From assembly GCF_001194135.2 (NCBI RefSeq), contig NC_068988.1:96284458-96323538 (forward strand): DNA of 39,081 nt, written 5' to 3'. The notes beneath the pieces were generated by a model that did no database searches, was not told where the DNA came from, and saw nothing but the letters and a program-made list of their open reading frames with translations. Of the stretch, positions 34,065-39,081 are shown in pieces (position 1 is the stretch's first letter; every line of letters begins with the position of its first letter). The position numbers were made by a program, and so were the translations under genes. The stretch is from Octopus bimaculoides (Eukaryota).

Positions 34065-34810
34065 TACGAAGGCAATCCCAGAAGTTAGGCCTCCAAAGAG
34101 CCGGGGAGACAGGGAAACTGTGCATGCGGCTATTGGCAACACTGTTGTGTTTGTTGTGCATGCGCCTGCGCCTGCCCCTGGGCGCGCCTCGCTACCACGC
34201 TCAATCTTGCCTTGGCAGTCGTATCTGATGGAGCTCCCGATTGACGCTACCACCAAGTGTGAGGTTCGCGCAGTTATTCGGGTTTTTAATAACCGATTGA
34301 AATTCATCGCCAATTAACGGAAGTGTGTGCCGAGTCGTGCATGGATGTCAAAAACGTCCGCAAGTAGTGTAAGAAGTTTGTAGCTGGTCGTACTGAAATA
34401 TCATGATAAAGAAAGAAGCGGGCGACCATCAATTTCCGACGAGACAGTCGCGAAGGTTGAGCAAATCCTGCGTGAAAATCGGCGGATCACTCTGGATGAT
34501 CTCCGCATTTTGGTTCCTGAAATTTCTCGAAGCACCATTCATAAGGTTTTGAGCGAAAAGTTGCAATATCGGAAGGTGTGCACAATTGGGTCCCACGAAT
34601 GCTCACAGAAGACCATAAATGGCAATCCACCCTATAGCCCGGACTTGACACCCAGTGACAACCACCTGTTCCCTAAGTTGAAAGAACATTTGGCCGGAAC
34701 GCGCTTCAGCAACGACGACGAGCTAAAAGATGAGGTTCAACATGGCGGTGAGCTGGTATGATATGGGAATACAAAAGCAGCCCCAGCGCTTACAAAAATT
34801 ATCGACCGAA
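34065..34810 (+). mobile_element. Mariner (Tc1/mariner) transposon, internally deleted and lacking its right TIR
   Basis: TA plus TIR-like CGAAGGCAATCCCAGAAGTT at 34065. The transposase relic from ATG 34228 reads MELPIDATTKCEVRAVIR...HDKERSGRPSISDE...ENRRIT...LQYRKVCT/WVPRMLTEDHK, joined directly to PPYSPDLTPSDNHLFPKLKEHLAGTRFSNDDELK, then WYDMGIQK. Several frameshifts are present. Confidence 0.93.
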
Positions 34811-34859
34811 ATAATAATAATGATAATAATAATAATGATAACAATAATAATAATAATGA

Positions 34860-34902
<43 letters not shown>
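34811..34902. repeat. (ATA)n-(CTA)n microsatellite replacing the mariner 3' end
   Basis: Direct reading. Confidence 0.9.
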
Positions 34903-34903
<1 letters not shown>

Positions 34904-35324
34904 ATTTCTAATATATGCACGAGATTAAACACTTTGTGGGAGAAAGGGTTGAGTCGATTTAAATCTATTGCAATATTTAATTAGCATTTTATTTATGATT
35001 TCTGAGAGACGAATATGAAGTCATTTTCAGCGAGTTTTGAACTTACACCTAAACGATACAGAGCAAGTGCCGCCAGAGACTTTGTCCATAGCTCCAACGA
35101 CAACATTCTTCGCCATCTCTGCTTGTGACCGAATGCACCCTAGCATGAGACAGCTGCCTCCATTGTATGAATGTACGTTAGTGGACATACTTCATACTAG
35201 TTTCATCAGCAATGCTCTTCCATGGTGGCTAAGGATATGTTGGAAGATGGCATTAATTCTGGAGTTTTCCTTCTAGATTGACTGATTCCACAGCAGCTAA
35301 GCAGCTTTATCTACCCTACAAAAA

Positions 35325-35475
35325 TCTATTTCACCCATTGATGGGATCCCGACAGGTACAACCGTTCCAGACCTGGAAGCAATGGTAATTAAAGGGTGAC
35401 TCCGCGCCCTCCTCGCAAGTTCAGGACTCTCCAACTGGAGCCTCGCTACTGGATGCAGTTTAATGTCAGACCATT
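35325..35475. mobile_element. Interspersed repeat fragment (family F)
   Basis: atttcacccattgatgggatcccgacaggtacaacc...actggagcctcgctactggatgcagtttaatgtca resembles a common octopus repeat recalled from memory. There is no second copy in the window. Confidence 0.45.
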
Positions 35476-36160
35476 TTGTAGTTGAAAAATGTATAGTTAA
35501 TTACATTGACGCGAATATTTCATCGATTGTTAAAGAATGTAAAAGAACGATGCCGATGCGATTTGAAACAGAGCAAAGTTAGTTAATGTAACCTTGTACC
35601 ACTTCTGTCATCTCACCACCATTAGATTACCAAATTCAAATACGTACTCATCAAGAATCAGCCTAATAAGAAACCTTTCCACTTCGCAAATATATAATCA
35701 GCCGGAAACCAAATGTTGTTGAACATAAATCCTTAATTTCTGTGACAGATATTATTTTCTATTTAGCCATTGGTAATATGGCAGATCCTACTAAAATGTA
35801 ATATTAGTGTTTATTAGTTTATTTAGCACAAATTAACTAAAAGAATATATATATATATATATANNNNNNNNNNNNNNNNNNNNNNNNNNNNNNNNNNNNN
35901 NNNNNNNNNNNNNNNNNNNNNNNNNNNNNNNNNNNNNNNNNNNNNNNNNNNNNNNNNNNNNNNNNNNNNNNNNNNNNNNNNNNNNNNNNNNNNNNNNNNN
36001 NNNNNNNNNNNNNNNNNNNNNNNNNNNNNNNNNNNNNNNNNNNNNNNNNNNNNNNNNNNNNNNNNNNNNNNNNNNNNNNNNNNNNNNNNNNNNNNNNNNN
36101 NNNNNNNNNNNNNNNNNNNNNNNNNNNNNNNNNNNNNNNNNNNNNNNNNNNNNNNNNNNN

Positions 36161-36194
<34 letters not shown>

Positions 36195-36520
36195 CCGGCA
36201 CTCTATCGGTTGCGACAACGATTGTTCCAGCTGATCCAACCGACAGAACAGCCCGGTCGCGAAATTAACGTGAAAGTGGCTGAGTACCCCACAAACACCT
36301 GTACCCTCAACGTAGTTCTCAGGGAGATTCAGCATGCCACAGAATGTGACTAGGAGCTGGTCCTTTTGAGTTACTCTTACTGCTCATTTTGTGACATCTG
36401 AGTAGTCTGGAACAGCGTGAGATAAAGTATTTTGCCCAAGGATACAACGCGCCGCCGGGAATCGAACTCAAAATGTTTCGATCGTGAGCCGAATACTCCT
36501 ACCACTAGTCCACGTGCCTT
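36195..36520 (-). mobile_element. Full-length tRNA-headed CORE-like SINE (family D)
   Basis: On the minus strand, the tRNA head GGCACGTGGACTAGTGG...GAGTTCGATTCCC is followed by GTATCCTTGGGCAAAATACTTT, resembling the CORE motif GTGACCTTGGGCAAGTCACTT. Confidence 0.85.
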
Positions 36521-36642
<122 letters not shown>

Positions 36643-39081
36643 GCGAACATGTCTATTGATAACCATGTTAAACTTAGAATATGGTTTTAAGTAGTCTTGG
36701 CTCCAGATAATAATCAACCGAGGCCGTTATATGGCACCGTCAAAGACCAATCTTTTGATTATAACTATTAAAAGAAGCCTACACATTGTCCACGGTGCTT
36801 CGTTGACGATAATAATTCATATTTTATTGGTAAATATCGGAAAGGTTCATGAAATAAATGAAATTGTATATACAAGAATATTAAGGTTTGTTTGTTTTCG
36901 TTTAATTTCGTCTAAATATGTGCTGAATATATCATAAAGTTACGAACTGTGAAAACAAGGAATCTTGTTCGTGAATATTACCGTTGATAATGTGTGTATG
37001 TGTGTGTGTGTGTGTCAAGTGTAAATGTATCTTGGCTGCACTTTTATTGCATGAGTTATCTTTCTCCCTGGAGAGGACAAAGATTTCTCTCAGTAATCAT
37101 TCCGAAAAAGGTATGATACCAGCTCAACCGTGGCATATCTCGAGGATATGGAATCAGAATATTCATCATGGAAATCGAATGTTAGCGACGTTGGAGGCAC
37201 CGCTGAGATCTCATATCCCAATGGCTTTTCTTCATAAATTTAGTGTAGTTCTCATATCTGATTTATAAAACACACACACACACACACGTATCTATCTATC
37301 TATTTATCTGTCTGTCTGTCTGTATACACGTTTACACGGGCTTCTGTGTGTGTGTGTGTGTGTGTGTTCGATAAAGAAAAAAACATACCCGATTAAAAAT
37401 TCAAAAACATCATTTAATTTCTATAATTTAATTACTGTAATTATGAAATTTAATTTATGACATTGGATGAATTATTCTGTGTCTCCTTTTATTAGTTATT
37501 TTCATTTTTGCTACGTGACCTCAATTTTATCCCTCCATTTCGATTTTTGTTTAGTTTTATGAATAAACTTCTTTTTCTCGGAGGATTTTTTTACTTTGTT
37601 TATTTTTGTAATTAGACGGTGCAAGATCTTAATCAATTTTAGACTTGATGGCTCCCACTAAAGGAAGTAAACTTTTATTACATTCGAAGAAGGAAATGAT
37701 ATTCTCACTTCCAATGAAAGCCATAACCTCAGAAGTCTCAAAGAGAAGCCGAAGAAAAAATGATTAAATATTTCCTTAAGCACCAATATATAAAGGAGTT
37801 CAAAATCAAGAAAAGGGATTAGCAACTAGTAAAAAGTCTCTTAGTTTGAAAAGTAAGAGAAAGCTAATAAGAAATAGTATTCATTGAAAGGAAACCATGT
37901 CTTTATTGACGAGTTTCACTAAAAAACACAGAAGAAATCTAAGTCGACGTTTCTTTTAATGTACCCAAAATATGCAATAGAGTCCTATCTATTGAAGGAA
38001 AAAAAAATACCATTGACAGAAACAATTTCTGTAACAAGAAATTACCTTCAATTTCTCTGCAAACGTTTAACTTGCCGAATTATTGATTGCTTATCTCAGA
38101 TGGTCATTATTGATGCCTAAGATGAATTCAACAGACGGACCCCCCCCCCACACCAAAAACGAAAAGGGACAGTAGTGTAATTGAATAATTGTGCCGGTAT
38201 GCGTGGACCATTTGTTCTATGCAGTGAAATGCCACTGCACAATATCACAAAAAAGATATTTTGCGAAATTATTTTTCCTTCATATAACAGTTTATTTAGT
38301 CAACCTTTGTTAGTATACGAGATTTCTTTAAAATTACAGAAATTCTTTCCTTCATCGACCTGAGAATTTGTTTTGACGTGAAAAATCTCNNNNNNNNNNN
38401 NNNNNNNNNNNNNNNNNNNNNNNNNNNNNNNNNNNNNNNNNNNNNNNNNNNNNNNNNNNNNNNNNNNNNNNNNNNNNNNNNNNNNNNNNNNNNNNNNNNN
38501 NNNNNNNNNNNNNNNNNNNTTGATAAAAGACAAAAACAAGACAAGAATGAACTCCCAAGAAATATGCTGGTATTTCAATTTTGTCTTGATCGGTGTGTAC
38601 ATGTATTTGTGCGCTCGTGTGTATGTGTGTGTGTGTGTGTATTTTTCTTTATTTTCTTAGGCATTGCCAATTATGTTTTCAACTCGATAAACAAATCCAG
38701 ATTTCTTCACTTGACGTGGGAAAACATATCACCTCTGAAAGAAAAACGTTTTTTTCGGGTTGGATTCTTAAAGTAAAGGTTAACTTAGAACTTTTTTTCT
38801 AGAACAAAATGAAGGAATTAGAATAAGAAAAAAAAAATACCCCATCTCCCCCAACACCAAAAAAAACAACCTCTAACGTTTAAAGAGGATGAAATTGGTC
38901 GTCGATGTTTCTACCATTCATCTGGAATGAGTAAAATGAAAGAAAAAACTTCATGACAGGAAAAAAGAGATAAGGAACATCTTCATCAGTCAGTATCTAC
39001 TCCAGAGTTTCACAAACTATATATACACACACATATATATATGTTATATATATATATGTTATATATATATATATATATATA

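Noticed and set aside
35203-35209. Minus-strand CTGATGA here and at 38983-38989 as further hammerheads
   Set aside because: Neither is followed by stem II and GAAA.

Overview
This is eukaryotic, AT-rich, repeat-dense genomic DNA with seven N gaps, six of them bordered by TA, GA or GTCC/GTCT microsatellite. The SINE families, CA/TA/GA/ATG microsatellites and LINE tails resemble those I recall from octopus genomes, so the source is probably an Octopus short-read assembly (inference). Only one protein-coding gene is well supported: an intronless, divergent, C-terminally truncated cyclin T-like gene on the minus strand (CDS about 3951-4877), with a TATA/ETS promoter and candidate upstream non-coding exons. 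The rest is mostly tRNA-derived SINEs (several with clear 13-16 bp target-site duplications), decayed LINE pieces (R4/Dong-like, RTE), an internally deleted mariner and a Helitron scrap. There is also a minimal hammerhead-ribozyme core of the Penelope type and a degenerate tRNA-like element. Several phase-compatible exon candidates, best at 24.2-26.0 kb on the minus strand, hint at an unannotated spliced gene, but I cannot name it and splice-like signals also arise by chance here. No CRISPR array, rRNA or prokaryotic system is present. All homology calls are by eye from remembered consensus sequences; no database search was run.
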